64,000 nt of DNA from Podarcis erhardii. Taxonomy: Eukaryota. Location of the stretch: NCBI GenBank assembly GCA_964252035.1, contig OZ176206.1. One strand, 5' to 3'. The notes below the pieces were generated by a model. The model was given only the letters and a program-made list of their open reading frames with translations, did not search any database and was not told the origin of the DNA. The position numbers were made by a program, and so were the translations under genes. Of this stretch, positions 13,489 to 33,199 are shown one piece after another (position 1 is the first letter of the stretch; each line of letters starts with the position of its first letter).

Positions 13489-13846
13489 GGTGACGCAGGT
13501 GGCGCTGTGGGTTAATCCACAGAGCCTAGGGCTTGCCGATCAGAAGGTCGCAGTTCGAATCCCTACGACGGGGTGAGCTCCCCTTGCTTGGTCCCTGCTC
13601 CTGCCAACCTAGCAGTTTGTAAGCACCTCAAAGTGCAAATAGATAAATAGGTACCGCTCCGGCGGGAAGGTAAACGGCATTTCCGTGCACTGCTCTGGTT
13701 CGCCAGAAGCGGCTTAGTCATGCTGGCCACATGACCCGGAAGCTGTACGCTGGCTCCCTCGGCCAATAAAGCGAGATGAGCACCGCAACCCCAGAGTCGG
13801 CCACGACTGGACCTAATGGTCAGGGGTCCCTTTACCTTTACCTTTA
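13489..13846 (+). mobile_element. Full-length Sauria SINE (lacertid type)
   Basis: tRNA-like head (gtggcgctgtgggttaa...gttcgaatccc), typical body and (ACCTTT)n tail. About 10-bp TSD TATCCC(A/G)ACA at 13479-13488 and 13845-13854. Confidence 0.92.
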
Positions 13847-15225
13847 TCCCGACATTAGCAAGGGCTGTCTGACAGTTGTTCCAGTTGGCTGGAGCGGGGA
13901 AGTAGATTTCACGGAGCTCACCTTTGGTGCCAGCCTAAGGGCAATGCAACAATGTGGGGAGGTGACAACCGTAGTTCTTGCATAGGTGTGAGAATAGCAG
14001 TTGGGTTGTGGTAGAACAGACACCGAAGCATTCATTTCTGTATGTTTGAAATTCACTCAAACAAGCATATTAGGCCTCTCTCCTTATTTAATAGTTTAGC
14101 TGCTCAATTTTAAGAGGAATTGTTTCTGGCTTACATAGAAACCATTTAATGCAATGAAAACCAGATTTTTATTTGTCCCAGACAAGTTACCTCCATTGGA
14201 GAGTGTGTCTCACCACCTCACAAATACTGACTTCACTTCCATTCATGGCATTATCACAAGACAATTTCCTGCACATTCACATATGCATTAGGCAACCAAA
14301 GCTGTACTTGGGGTTAGTGGCACGCTCTGAGCAGAAATGGCTTCTTAATCTCTTGTACTCTGACCTTTGGAATGCACTTGGGTATCCCAGTTTTCATTCA
14401 GTGTGATTCTGGTGGTTGCCAACACTTGTGTTTTGCACCAAAAGCTGCACCATGACTGTTGTGGGATGCAGGACAGCACCAGATGCTGCTATGTGTGTCT
14501 GGGGTTTCCAAACACACACAGTCATAAACAGAAGATACTCTGGCTGGCCTTAACAGAACTTTTTAAAATGGTGCTTTGGTATCACAGTGAAAGGTGACCT
14601 TACAAAAAACACACCAAGATGGGCTTTTAAAAACAAAATTATTAAAAGCCCAGGTAGTCCTGCAGTTCCCACTCTGAACACTTCCTTTTTAATAGCACTT
14701 TCCCTAAAAGTTGTATAGCACTCTGTTTTTTTTTCATACCAGGCATAGTTCCCATAGCTGGGGTGGGGGCCATGCTAACCACTTCTGTGATCTGGACACT
14801 GAGCAGTGGCGATAAAACGACAGGTGTTTGGTCTGTACAACCTTTGCATTCATTGCCTGGACCTCATTTGCTCCTGACCCTTCAGCATTGGGGCATGGAG
14901 CAAACGATCAAATTCCCTGTGGAGTTGCACTTTGCCATCCCAGTGACTAGATTGTGTTTGTGCAAAAGAATGGTGGTTCCTGATTCTTGCAAAAGTATTA
15001 TTTTTTGATGGCAATTTTATTCCCCCATCAGCAAACAACCCCCATCCCCATTGTCTGGTTTCCTTTGTTCTGCAGCTGGGGTTTTCCTGTTTTGGGGTTT
15101 CCCCTTCTGCTATAGACATCAGTCAGGAGTTTACAGTTTGGGCAAATGCAACTTTAAGGCCCCAAGTGCCAAAGATGAGACTTCTTGAAAGATCTCTTCA
15201 AGAAATCTGCACAGAAACCACAACA

Positions 15226-15643
15226 AATAAATGTTTGTGTTTATCCCGCGTAAGGTCTGTTTGTGCTTGTGTTTGTGTGCACACTGTTTGAAAGAATCTA
15301 ACCTTGGGTATTGAGGCACAGCCAGTAACACTGCCACAATCAATCCAAAATGTACAACTGACGTTATTTTTGTACTCTTTGTAAATGGTATTTATACAAG
15401 AACAAATTCTTTTTTTCTGAGTTTTTAATTTCAAATGCTGGGAGTCTCCAGGTTACCAAATCCAAATAAAACAAGTGGTGGTGTGGGCAGTTTATGGTCT
15501 TCACAAGCAAAGGAATGTGCTTTCTCTAGAGAATACATGGACACCCTCCAACCCTTGAGTTACATGCTAACTGTATAGTATTGTACATTACAATGGAAAT
15601 GTGACTTAAGGGCGACTGTAACCTTTATGTTGTATATAATAAA
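15226..15643 (+). terminator. Cluster of three AATAAA signals, candidate SNTB2 3' end
   Basis: AATAAA at 15226-15231, 15465-15470 and 15638-15643. The first and last are followed by GU/U-rich tracts. Confidence 0.5.
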
Positions 15644-15889
15644 GGTGTTTATGCTTTTAGTTTTAATTCATTGGCTTGTGACTTTGTGGGAAAACACAGA
15701 CTTCAAAAATATATGTTAGTGAGTTGGATTCCAGAGTAACTTAAAAGGAAATGACCTAATGGTTAAGGTCACAGACACAGATAAGGTGGCAAGTTCTGAA
15801 AAGAGGGGAGGGCATCCTCCTTCCTTCCTGCCTGCTTTAACTCTACAGAATCTCCTCTTTCAATACATCCTTCCAGGGCAATGCAAGTT

Positions 15890-16400
15890 TTAAGAACATC
15901 AGAAAAGCCCTGCTGGCTAAGACCAAAAGCCCTATCTAGCCCATCATCTGTACTCACAGTGGCCAACCACATGCCTTAGTGGGAAGCTGCAAGCAAGACC
16001 TGAATGCAACAGTGCTCTCCCTGCTTGGGATTCCCAGCAAATGGCATGCTGCCTCCCGACAGTGGAGGTGGAATGCAGCCATCATAACTTAGCAGCCTTT
16101 GATAGCCTTTTCTATGAATTTGTTTAATCCCTTTTAAAGCCATCCAAGTTGGGGGTCACATTATCTTGTGAAATCAGATTCCATAGCTGAACTGTGTGTT
16201 GTGTGAATAAGTTATTTTTATCAGTCCTGAATCTTATCACATTCGGCTTCATTGAACTAACACCATTGGATTCTACAAGAGAAATCAACACACACTCCAC
16301 TTGATTTCCGTTTCCCCCCTAAACTATAAAACCCAAATGCATTGCGACCTTTCCTCTTAGGGGAACTGCCCTAGATATTCTGATAATCCTGGACCAGATA
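15890..16400 (-). mobile_element. CR1 LINE 3' fragment
   Basis: Plus-strand taagaacatcagaaaagccctgctgg...tctagcccatcatctgtactcacagtggccaacc is the reverse complement of the CR1 3' end. Shorter relics lie near 4985-5060, 8500-8650 and 22780-22910. Confidence 0.65.
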
Positions 16401-16444
16401 CCTGTGACACCAGAAACTTTGTTGGAGTATTCAGCTGACTGGAA

Positions 16445-17400
16445 CATATTCTTTTATTTTTAAATTAAAATTAAATTTGTATAACCATACTTTATCCATG
16501 GATCTCAGGGCGGTTCACAACGTGAATGCAAGATAAAAACACAAAATACATAATAAAAACAGGAACAAAAAACTACAAACCAATAAACTTCCCTCCTCCC
16601 TCCCCCATTTTAGAGACTGATACAAAGGCCTGGTCAAACAGGAACATTTTCACCCGGTGCCTAAAGGTATAATGAAGGCACCAGCCAAACCTCTCAGGGT
16701 AGAGCATTCCACAAACGGGGAGACACGGCAGAAAACGCCTGTTCATGTCCATCTGGACCTCTCGTCGAGTGGCACACAAAGAAGGGCCTCAGGAGATGTC
16801 AGCATCTGGGTAGGTTCATACGGGAAGAGGCAGTCCTTGAGGTATTATGGTCTTGAGACATTTAAGGCTTTATAGGGCAAAACCAGCACTTTGAATTATG
16901 CCAGGAAGCTAATTGGCAGCCAGTGCAGTCAAACTAGGGTCAGTGTAATATGCTCAAACCACTTGCCCTAGTGAGCAACCTCGCTGCCAAGTTCTACACC
17001 AGCTGAAGTTTCTGAACCATCTTCAGAGGCAGCCCTACATATAACACATTGCAGTAATCTAACCTAAAGGTTACCAGAGCATAGACAACAGTAGTTAAGC
17101 CATCCCTGTCCAGACAGGGAAACAGCTGCGCCACCAGCTGAAACTGATGGAAAGCACTCCATGCCACTGAGGCCACCTGAGCTTCACCTGACAGCAAAAG
17201 ATCTGTAAGTACCCTCAACATACCTGCTCCTTCAGAGGAAGTGTAACCACATCAAGAGCAGGCAACCTCCCAGCTATCCAATCTAGGGGACTACCCACTA
17301 ACAGTGCCTCAGTCTTATGTGGAATTGAGCTTCAGTTTGTTGCTTCTCATCCAGTCCATTACTGAGGCAAGGCAACGGTCCAGTGTATCCACTGCCATCT
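16445..17400 (-). mobile_element. L2-clade LINE 3' fragment
   Basis: The minus-strand ORF remnant ALVTFRLDYCNVLYVGLPLKMVQKLQLV is typical of the L2 RT C-terminus and is followed by an AT-rich 3' tail. Boundaries are approximate. Confidence 0.75.
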
Positions 17401-18269
17401 TATAATAAGGTGCTGACTTGTGTCATATTAGGCTCCTTGTTTTCAAGCACCAACTAAATCTGTGCACTTGTAATTCAGAAGTTTTATGGTGTTTCCACCT
17501 GGTAGTTCAAGCCCTGAATGCAACAAGACCACAAAGCCACAGTTTCCCTGAGTTTGGGACTAAAGGAAATAAAGGTCTGTTAATTCTTCCGCTTTTTCAA
17601 AGTACAGTAAACCCAATGAGGCAACCACCCCCAAAATAAACTATTTGTGCCCCAAACACAAAGTATCAGCATAACCATGTTCACATATCTCAAGAGTTAA
17701 AAATAAACTGGCAAGTTTAAAATGTTGAGACAAAACACAGGAACTTGGTTTGGAATGGGATTTATAGTAACTTGACAGTGGTTGTGAAATGACAGCTTGC
17801 ACTACTGATGTTCAAGTATTTCAGCAGGAGAAAAGTGGCTCTCAAATTAACATCCATCTACTGCTAAGCATTTGCCTGTAGGGAAAAGCAAAAGAGATTT
17901 GCAAAGCTCAATGACCAACCAGATGCCTTTAGGGGAAGCCCACAAACGGCACATGGGCACATAAGCACTTTCTGCACATGCAATTCCCAGCAACTGGTGT
18001 TTAGAAACGTACTGCATAAAAATAATCCTCAAAGTAATACAACACAGAAAAATAAAAGTTATAAAACCCAAATACAGAAATTTAATATATTCATCTGATG
18101 GAATGGTCTCTAGTCCACAAAAACTTCTGTATATACACACACCTTCACAACTTTTATGAAGTCAAGAAATGTTCCAAATTTAAAAGTCTTTACACTGCTA
18201 CAAACGTGATTGATTTTGCTCCTATTTGTGTACTTTGTGTGTGTGCAATAGAAAGTAAGCTCCACCTCA

Positions 18270-18600
18270 ATCACAGATATCCCCTGATGGGGCACTTCTT
18301 CTGGTGGTTCTCCACGCAGCCTCTGATATTGGCCTTCACTAGGGCCAAGCCTTTAATATGGCAGGTCCTGCCCTGTGGAACTCCCTGCTAGCTGAGGTTT
18401 GGCAGGAACCATCCTTGCCTTCTTTCAGACATCTTCAGAAAATTGCATTGTTTAGGCAGGACTTTTAAGTATGAATTTATTTTCTCAACCCACCTACTGT
18501 TGGTTTTAGTTATGTTTCTTTGAATGTTTCTTGCTGGTTTTACTCTTATGTGTTGTATACTGCCTTGATAGGCTTTTTTGAAAGTGTGGATTATAAATTA
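18270..18600 (+). mobile_element. L2-clade LINE 3' end fragment
   Basis: Contains ggcaggtcctgccctgtggaactccctg...aggcaggac, then a T-rich tail ending in gattataaatta. Boundaries are approximate. Confidence 0.6.
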
Positions 18601-18604
18601 TAAG

Positions 18605-18867
18605 TACCTTATTTTTCGCTCTATAAGACGCACCAGACCACAAGACGCACCTAGTTTTTGGAGGAGGAAAACAAGAAAAAAAATATTCTGAATCTCAGAA
18701 GCCAGAACAGCAAGAGGGATCGGTGCGCAGTGAAAGCAGCAATCCCTCTTGCTGTTCTGGCTTCTGGGATAGCTGCGCAGCCTGCATTTGCTCCATAAGA
18801 CACACAGACATTTCCCCTTACTTTTTAGGAGGGAAAAAGTGAGTCTTATAGAGCAAAAAATACAGTA
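18605..18867. mobile_element. Tc1/mariner-type MITE with an internal hairpin
   Basis: TA-bounded TIRs taccttatttttcgctctataagac / gtcttatagagcaaaaaatacagta. Internal inverted repeat cagaagccagaacagcaagagggat / atccctcttgctgttctggcttctg. Confidence 0.82.
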
Positions 18868-18869
18868 AA

Positions 18870-19430
18870 TACAAGAAAAGCCTGCTGGATCAGGCCTATG
18901 GCTCACCATTCCAGCATCTTCTCACAATAGCCACCCAGATCTCCCCTCCTGTGGACCAGTTCTCCCCTCCTGTGGTTTCCAGCAACTGGTATTCGGAAGC
19001 ATCGCTGTGGCTAGTAGCCATCAATAAACTTCTCCATCCATTTGTCTATTCCTATTTTAAAGCCATCCAAGTTGGCTCCCATCACTGGCTCCTTTGAGAG
19101 TGAGTTCTGTAACTATGCTGCATGAAAAAGTACTTGGGAGTCAATAGAATTGGAAAGGGACCACAAGAGTCATCTAGTCCAACTCCCTGCAATGCAGTAA
19201 CCTTGTACCCAACGTGGGGCTGGAACCCACCACCCTGAGTTTAAGAGTCTCATGTTCTATCGACCGAGTTATCCCTTTATTCTTCCTTTTTCCTGCCCTG
19301 AATCTTCCACTATTCAGCTTCATTGGTTGTCCACGGGTTCGTCTATCTGGTGTTATACTTTCTCCATGAATTGCATAAATTTGTAAACTTCGATCACATC
19401 TTGCTGGCCTTTTCTCTAAGATACCCCCCC
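18870..19430 (-). mobile_element. CR1 LINE 3' fragment interrupted by a SINE at 19140-19275
   Basis: Colinear with the 15890-16400 copy (aagccatccaagttgg ... ctgaatctt...cttcattg) on both sides of the inserted SINE. Confidence 0.62.
19140..19275 (-). mobile_element. tRNA-Lys(CTT)-derived SINE with a CR1-type tail
   Basis: The minus strand gggataactcggtcgatagaacatgagactcttaaactcagggtggtgggttccagccccacgttggg resembles tRNA-Lys-CTT and is followed by gttggactagatgac...gtccctttccaattcta. Confidence 0.8.
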
Positions 19431-19897
19431 CCATATGTGTTACTGTTTCCTGCTACTCTAAGCAAAAGGTCAGAAAAGGAGGCTCCCCGCAAATTTGATA
19501 ATGCAGCCATAACTCAGCCATCATTCAGCCCCTGAGTAGGGGGCAGCAAAGACAACCGGGAAGCCGAAGAGAAGAAGAGAGAGCCCGGCCGGCCTCCTGA
19601 GAAAGGGGCTCGTGGGAGGCGGACAAGGGCGGACCACCTCCGGGCTCTTCCTCACTCCCGCCCCTGAATGGCGTCGCGGTTCCTCGGGCCTCCCTTTCCC
19701 CTCCTCTCCGCCTCCGCCTCGCCTGCTGCTGTTCCCGGTGCGGCCTGCAGGCGGCAGCCCAGAAACCGGCCCGACTCTCCTCAGCGGGGCTCCCGGTGGC
19801 CGCCTCGTACGAGCCCGGAGGAGGGAACCAAAGCCCAGCAGCCTCGGCAGCCGCAGCAGCAACAGCCGCCGCCCCAGCCCCAGCGGGAGGAGATGCG

Positions 19898-27351
<7,454 letters not shown>

Positions 27352-27678
27352 TGCTGTGCCTATGAGGAGCAGCGGTGATGGGGGGCATTTTACCACGGAC
27401 ATGTGTGTAGACAAGGCCCTTTGTGCTAACAGTGGACTGTGCCAAGCAGAGGTTAGCATCCAGCTTACTACTGAATCTGTCTCTGCTTGGGGCACCTGTT
27501 TGGCTGGGGAAGGAAGAGGATGAGGTGACACAGCCTCCATTGCTACTCTGGGAGATGGACACAAAGGGGAGAAGGCTGAGCCCAGCCCACTCTGGTTTTT
27601 TCCCATCCAGACATCCCTGCCTTCATGGTTGCTCTTTCATTTCCCCCCCTCTAACGCTGCTTGGCTTGTTTATATACA

Positions 27679-28897
27679 AATAAAAACAATCCGAAACTTC
27701 CACTATACCGCAACCCTTTTTTCCTGAGACCCCTTCCAGCTCCTGTGGAAGCAACACCTGGTGCCACCCCAAAGAGAAAACCGAACTGGCTTCACCCAAG
27801 GCCATTGCTTACTCCTTGAAATCTGAAATGCTGCACCTCCAAGCTTGAGCTGAACTTTGAAGAGTGTGGCCTTCTGGCTCAGCCAAAGTGGCAGGAAGCT
27901 CTCCAAGTGAGAAATACACTCCAAGGCTTAACTAATGCTCAGCTCTCTCCTGGAGTTGAGGTACTCATGTTGGAAGTGCTGTCCAAGAAGCTTACCTTGC
28001 CAAGGCCTGATCTGTTGCATGGTTTGAGGTACGGTATCTGAAAATGTGCTCTGCCCCACAGGATGCTGTGTTGCTGCAGAATTTGTTGCCCTTCAGCTCT
28101 GTAGCGTTTTGCATGTGTGGCACAGAAAAAGCAGAAGGGGAGCAGAACAGGGATGAGGAGGGCTGCAGCTCCAAGCCCCTCAGCCTTATCCTGGCACTGT
28201 GGCTCAACCCAGCAAGCCTGCTGCTTCTCAGAAAGGGATGACGTCTTTGCTCTTCCAGCTGTGGCACAAGAGGTGACGTACTAAGGAATGCAAACTGGGC
28301 ACCTGTCAGCACACAGGTGCTGGCAAAGTCCTGCAAAGGAGATGGAGCTTTCCCGCCTTTGCAGCTGCAGCAGGTGGGAGATCTGCCTCCCATCCCCCCC
28401 CCCATGGCTCCTTTGGTCACGGTTGGGCCTCTGCTGGTGTGTCTCTGCTGCAATCTGGGGCTCTAGAGTGTCTTTTAAAAAAATCCATGCTATGGGGAGG
28501 CAAAGGACTCATTTATTCCACCCCATTGTCTCTAGGCAATGGCTCTTGTGCCACAAGTGGAGGAGGCTGGCAATGCTTAAGCATAGGCTTCTACTTACAG
28601 CAGGGTTTTTGCTTCCCTGAAGGTAACTGCTGATTCCTAATTCAACAAATCCACCTTTCTCGGCCACTAAAGCTACTTTCCTGTGCTTTAGTCTTCTTGT
28701 CTTAGTACTACTGAGGAAGGCATGTAGAGGAGGGTGGGAGCTCTTTGGTCTCTAGAAATTCAAGTGAATAGCTGTGAGAACCTCTTTAACTGTCAAGGGG
28801 TTTAGCGGCCTGTACACCCCCTTCCCCCTTTCTTGTCATGTGTACATAATTTTGAGTTGATTCCAGTGTGGGGAGGGACAGTTTATGGAAGAATAAA
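27679..28897 (+). terminator. VPS4A candidate proximal (27679-27684) and distal (28892-28897) poly(A) signals
   Basis: AATAAA hexamers downstream of the stop at 27351. Confidence 0.55.
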
Positions 28898-29173
28898 GTG
28901 TTGAACTATTTGTCTCTTATATATTCAGCTGATTTTTTACAAGCAACATACAATGGTACAATTTGTTTCACAGTTTCTCCACAGGAGATGAAGGAAGAGG
29001 CAGTAGTCTCCTTTGTTCTGCTTAGTCTTATCTCCTTCCCACACCACAGATGCAATCCACATCCCTACAAGTTGAAGGTGCTAGGGCGTTGAGGCCAGCA
29101 GCTCTTTGTGCACAATTTAGCTAGCTAGGAGGGGGTTGTGGGTGCATTTAATCTGTAAATCTCTTTAAGAGGT

Positions 29174-29378
29174 TTTATTAAAATCAAGAGGTTTATTGTA
29201 TGAGTTGATTGTTTAATTTCTATACTGCTTAATCTATTAAAAATATCTGCAAGCGGTGTACAGAAGACAAGCAAAAACAGACAACTTAAAAACATTACTA
29301 AATACAGTTGCATATTATGTTATGAAGTAAAACATGGTGAGGTATTACAGGTGAAGAGGTGGTCAATGCCTTTTTATT
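29174..29378 (-). terminator. PDF candidate poly(A) signals
   Basis: Minus-strand AATAAA at 29373-29378, 29192-29197 and 29174-29179. Confidence 0.5.
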
Positions 29379-30020
29379 GTGAATTGCTATGAAGTTTTAG
29401 TTGGTGTCTGTTGCTTTTAACAAGTGTTTGCCCACCTTCCTGCATGTTAGCCTACTTCACTAGTCAAGGTAGAAGTTGGAGAAGGCCATCTCACAGGATC
29501 AGCCTTGCTTTTTCTTCTTGAATTTTGCCCCCCCCCCCCAAATGAGCGGCTGGAGAGAGGCCCCATTAGTAGATGATCAAGTTGTTTAAGGTTGGTTTGG
29601 ATGGGCTCTGTTTGGAGCTTCCACTGGCTGAAATTGGACAAAGCCATTTTCCTTTAAGGTACTGTACAGTGCACTGGCCAAGAGAGTGGCATGCAGTAGT
29701 TGAAAGATACTGAATTGCGACCCTTTAACAGCTTCTGCTTTCTTAGTATTCCCCCCCCCCAAAAAAAAAACTCCTGCAGCGCCATGTGGGGTGGGGGAAG
29801 GGCATGCTTATGCCCAGCTTACCTGCCCAGCTTCCTCTCCTCATGCCACAAATAGGGAAAGTAAAGATGTCAAGCAGTAAAAACATAATTAAACCCCCTC
29901 ACCTTGGAAGTGTCCACCTTCTCTTTCTATTGCCCCTTTCACTGGTTTGGACATACTTGGGAACAGCAGACAGAGAAAAAGTGGCCTTTCTCTCCCTGCC
30001 CCCCTGGGCCCAGTCCTGCT

Positions 30021-31420
30021 TCATTCATTTAGCTGTTCCCACTGGAGATTCACAAAAGTCCTGCTGTCCATCTTGTCAATATACAACACACCCTGCAGAT
30101 GGTCCATCTCATGCTGGATGATGCGGGCTGCCCAGCCACTTGCCGGCCAGCTAAACTGCTCCCCGACTTCATTCAGACCTGGGGAAAGGAAAAAGAGGAA
30201 CTCCAGTGAGAAATGCAGCTCTGGTGGCCTGCCATGCCTTAATGACTCACTCCCCTTGAAGGAACATGTATACCTGACTGAACTTTCCCCAAGCTGTAGG
30301 CCCAGTGCAGGCTCCCTGCACCCAGAGAATATCTATCTGTCCTTGCTTTTTGCTGGCACTTATTGAAACCAGCTGTGCCCCTCAGTCCTGTCAAAAATTA
30401 GAAATGTGAGACTTATGAAAGATTCCAGAGCAGGACAGCATAAGTAAGCAGGAGAAAGTGATGCCCCTGATGTTCTACCCACCCACTCTCCCCATTCCAT
30501 TTTTCATACATAAATTGTCGCTTGCTACACCTGTTCACAGTCACACCAAATAACAGAAGAGCAACATGTGAGTGTGCTACTGATGAAAGCCTTTGGCATA
30601 AAAACATGCACATTTTGACAGGCAGTGTGGGGAAAAGTTGTTTGGTGCTTGTGCCATGAGTTTGTACTTAGCTACTACATTCCCACAATTGGAATGCATA
30701 ATGTAGATTCCCCTTTGAATTAATAACACCTTGTAAGATCAACATAGAGCCAAGTTTGAACACCTGAGGCTCGCTACACACATATACCAGCTCCAAAACT
30801 CACACCTCATCCAAGTGTGTTAAAGCTACAAGGAATAACATTGCCAGCTCACCGGAAACTGCCACGGCTTGGTATCTGGCGACGCAAGCAGAGAATCCAC
30901 TGATGCTTTTACAGCCCTCGGGGAAAGAGACCAGTTGGGAGTCCAGCACCCTCATGGATGGATTCACTACCACATGCAGGGGGAAGGGGGCCATCTGGCA
31001 AGCCTGGCGCATACTGGGGGTGTGCTCATGAAAGAGCCTCTCGGGGAACTCCGCCACAAAGATCTGGAGTGGCACGCCCACTTGGGGAGCACTGAGACCC
31101 ACACATTGTTCTTTCCTCATCACGCGAACCAGAGTACGGATGAGGGTCTGCACCTCACCACTGGCAATCTGTGAGGGCTCCACGGGTGCAGCCTGGGAGC
31201 GCAGAATGGGGTCCCCCACCTGGCAGACATGACTGTAGGGTGGGGTGGGAGGTTTCAAGACTTTGCGTCGCAGATATTGCCAATAGGTGCGCTGCTTCTC
31301 TGCCGGAGAGGAACAAGTGTGGCTGCAACTTCTGCATGGTAAAGGTGCCAGGAAAGCTCTGTTCCAAAGGAGGCTGTCCAGCATCCAGGCCAAGCCAGGC
31401 CTTAGCCTACAAACTGCCAT
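30021..31420 (-). CDS. PDF: Mitochondrial peptide deformylase (241 aa, 2 coding exons)
   Basis: Exons 31420-30853 and 30178-30021 (726 nt) are joined by a phase-1 GT-AG intron. Deformylase motifs [13 protein letters not shown] and QHEMDH are present, after an Arg/Leu-rich N-terminal transit peptide. Confidence 0.96.
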
Positions 31421-32229
31421 AATTGTGCTTCAGCCACAAAGCCATCTGCCCAAAGAACAAATAAAATAAAAATAAGATGAGAAAATAAAAATAATGCAAA
31501 GACAACAGGTGCAAGCACTCCTAAGGCTTACTGCTGGGAAGTTTCTAGAGTCAAAGGTTGGCCTAGCTAAGATCACTGGGAGGGGAAGGGCTGGAGGCTG
31601 GAGCTCAGGCAGAGCATCCGCTTGGCTTTTGCATGGTCCCAGGTTCACCACCCAGCAGCGTCTCCAAGTAAGGGCTGGAAGAGACACACAGAGACCCGAT
31701 AGGAAACCCTGGAGAGCTACTGCCCATCAGCATAGCCAGTACTGAGCTAGATGGACAAAGGATCTGTCTACTCTGTATGGCATTTTCCTGTGACTCTGCA
31801 GAGATGGAAAAAGCAGGCTTCTCTGCAAAAGCAATACAGAAAGGTTCTAAGATTCTGCCAAAACTCTCAGCCCACATTTGCAGCAGCAAAATTAAGAGGC
31901 GGAATGTTCTGTACCCCTTCCAATTAAATTTTGGATACCTCTCTTGTATATATTATCATCTATTTATTTCCCTCCAAGCAGCTCACATGGTTCCTTCCCA
32001 CCGATATTTTAATTCTCCCAATAACCCGGTGAGGTAGGGATATGCTGCGGGAGAATGAAGGGTCCAAGGTCAGCCGGTGAGCATCATGGGAATGAGTGGA
32101 GGACTTGAACTCAGCTCTCCCAATGCACTCTTGACCAGCAAAAGGCCGAAACTCTGCTGCTGGGCTTCTACTTGCAGGGAGGCTCGTTCTAATTTATTTT
32201 AACATCGGGGAGGGTTTCAAAATGTGGGT

Positions 32230-32470
32230 CCCCCCCACCCGCAACCAGGACCTCAGCCCTACCTGACGCCAAGTCTCAAGTTTCAATGGGGCCGCCCAAC
32301 TTCCTGTCTTGACAAACCACGCGAAGCGAGGAAACCGGAAGCGCTCGTGGATGCTGGGAAATGTAGTTCTCAAAAACAAAGAAGGGCACTACTCCGTGGC
32401 AGGCGGGGTCCTTGCAGACGCTTTAGGTCAGCTTTTTCCGTAAGAGGAAGCGGTTGTGTAGCAAAGGGGA
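32230..32470 (-). promoter_or_regulatory. PDF promoter with a ZNF143/THAP11-type motif and an ETS site
   Basis: AACTACATTTCCCAGCA on the minus strand at 32352-32368, CCGGAAG at 32335-32341, and local CpG enrichment. Confidence 0.7.
32263..32335 (-). other. PDF: Probable non-coding first exon of PDF (5' end approximate)
   Basis: A donor CAG|GTAGGG lies at 32263/32262 inside a small CpG-rich island. A long polypyrimidine tract and AG acceptor sit at 31446-31447, 25 nt before the PDF ATG. Confidence 0.55.
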
Positions 32471-32964
32471 GAATAAGATCCCTCTTGAAGTGACAGGTTT
32501 TCCCCATCATATCATTGGTAGCGATGCAGCTGCCTCAGGCTCACCTGCTTTACCTCAGCCCTGCTGCTAAAGTCAACACCAGCAAGTTTTGGCCCTGAAT
32601 ACTTGCTGCATTTCCACACATGCACCCCTCAACTACCTGCTAGGGGAAAAAATCCTTCCAACCTCTCTAGACAAAAATTGTTCTATCCTTTTCTATGCAG
32701 AGACTTAATCCAATTAAGACTCCCTCGCACTTACCTGCTACCTTTTTAGGACTCCTAGACACAGTCCAGTCCACCCTTCTCTCACTGCCTCCTGTCCACT
32801 TTGCTTAATACCCCCCCCCAAAAGGGAGGATTCTGAAGCATTCAAAATCTCACTCACTTGCTGTCCTGGGCCATTTTAACTTGCCCTGGTGATGGAGCTG
32901 TTTTAAATTTGTTTATTTCTCATCTACTAAAGCTCAGACAAACCAGGATCTAAACTCTTCTCCT

Positions 32965-33150
32965 CCCTGTGGAATGCCCTCCCTTCAAATGCCAAGGAGA
33001 TAAAAGAACTACAGAACTTTTAGAAGACGTCTGAAAGCAGCCCTGTATTGGGAAGTTTTTAATGTTTGATGTTTTACTATGTTTTATATATGCTATAAGC
33101 TGCCCAGAGTGGCTGGGGAAACCCAGCCAGATGGGCAGTGTATAAATAAA

Positions 33151-33199
<49 letters not shown>
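32965..33199 (+). mobile_element. L2-type 3' end with (ATT)n tail
   Basis: Reads ctgtggaatgccctccc...gctgcccagagtggctggggaaacccagccagatgggcagtgtataaataaa plus an ATT microsatellite. The same tail recurs at 56703-56830. Confidence 0.72.
33153..33199. repeat. (ATT)n microsatellite forming the L2 tail
   Basis: Read directly from the sequence. Confidence 0.95.

Noticed and set aside
17420-18250. AT-rich unique segment as a snoRNA, miRNA or distal UTR
   Set aside because: No properly spaced C/D or H/ACA boxes and no convincing hairpin were found; it cannot be assigned from sequence alone.
19200-19275. tRNA-Lys(CTT) gene on the minus strand
   Set aside because: The acceptor stem, D-arm and T-loop are mutated (GGTTCCAG), and it runs directly into a CR1-type tail. 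It is a SINE head.
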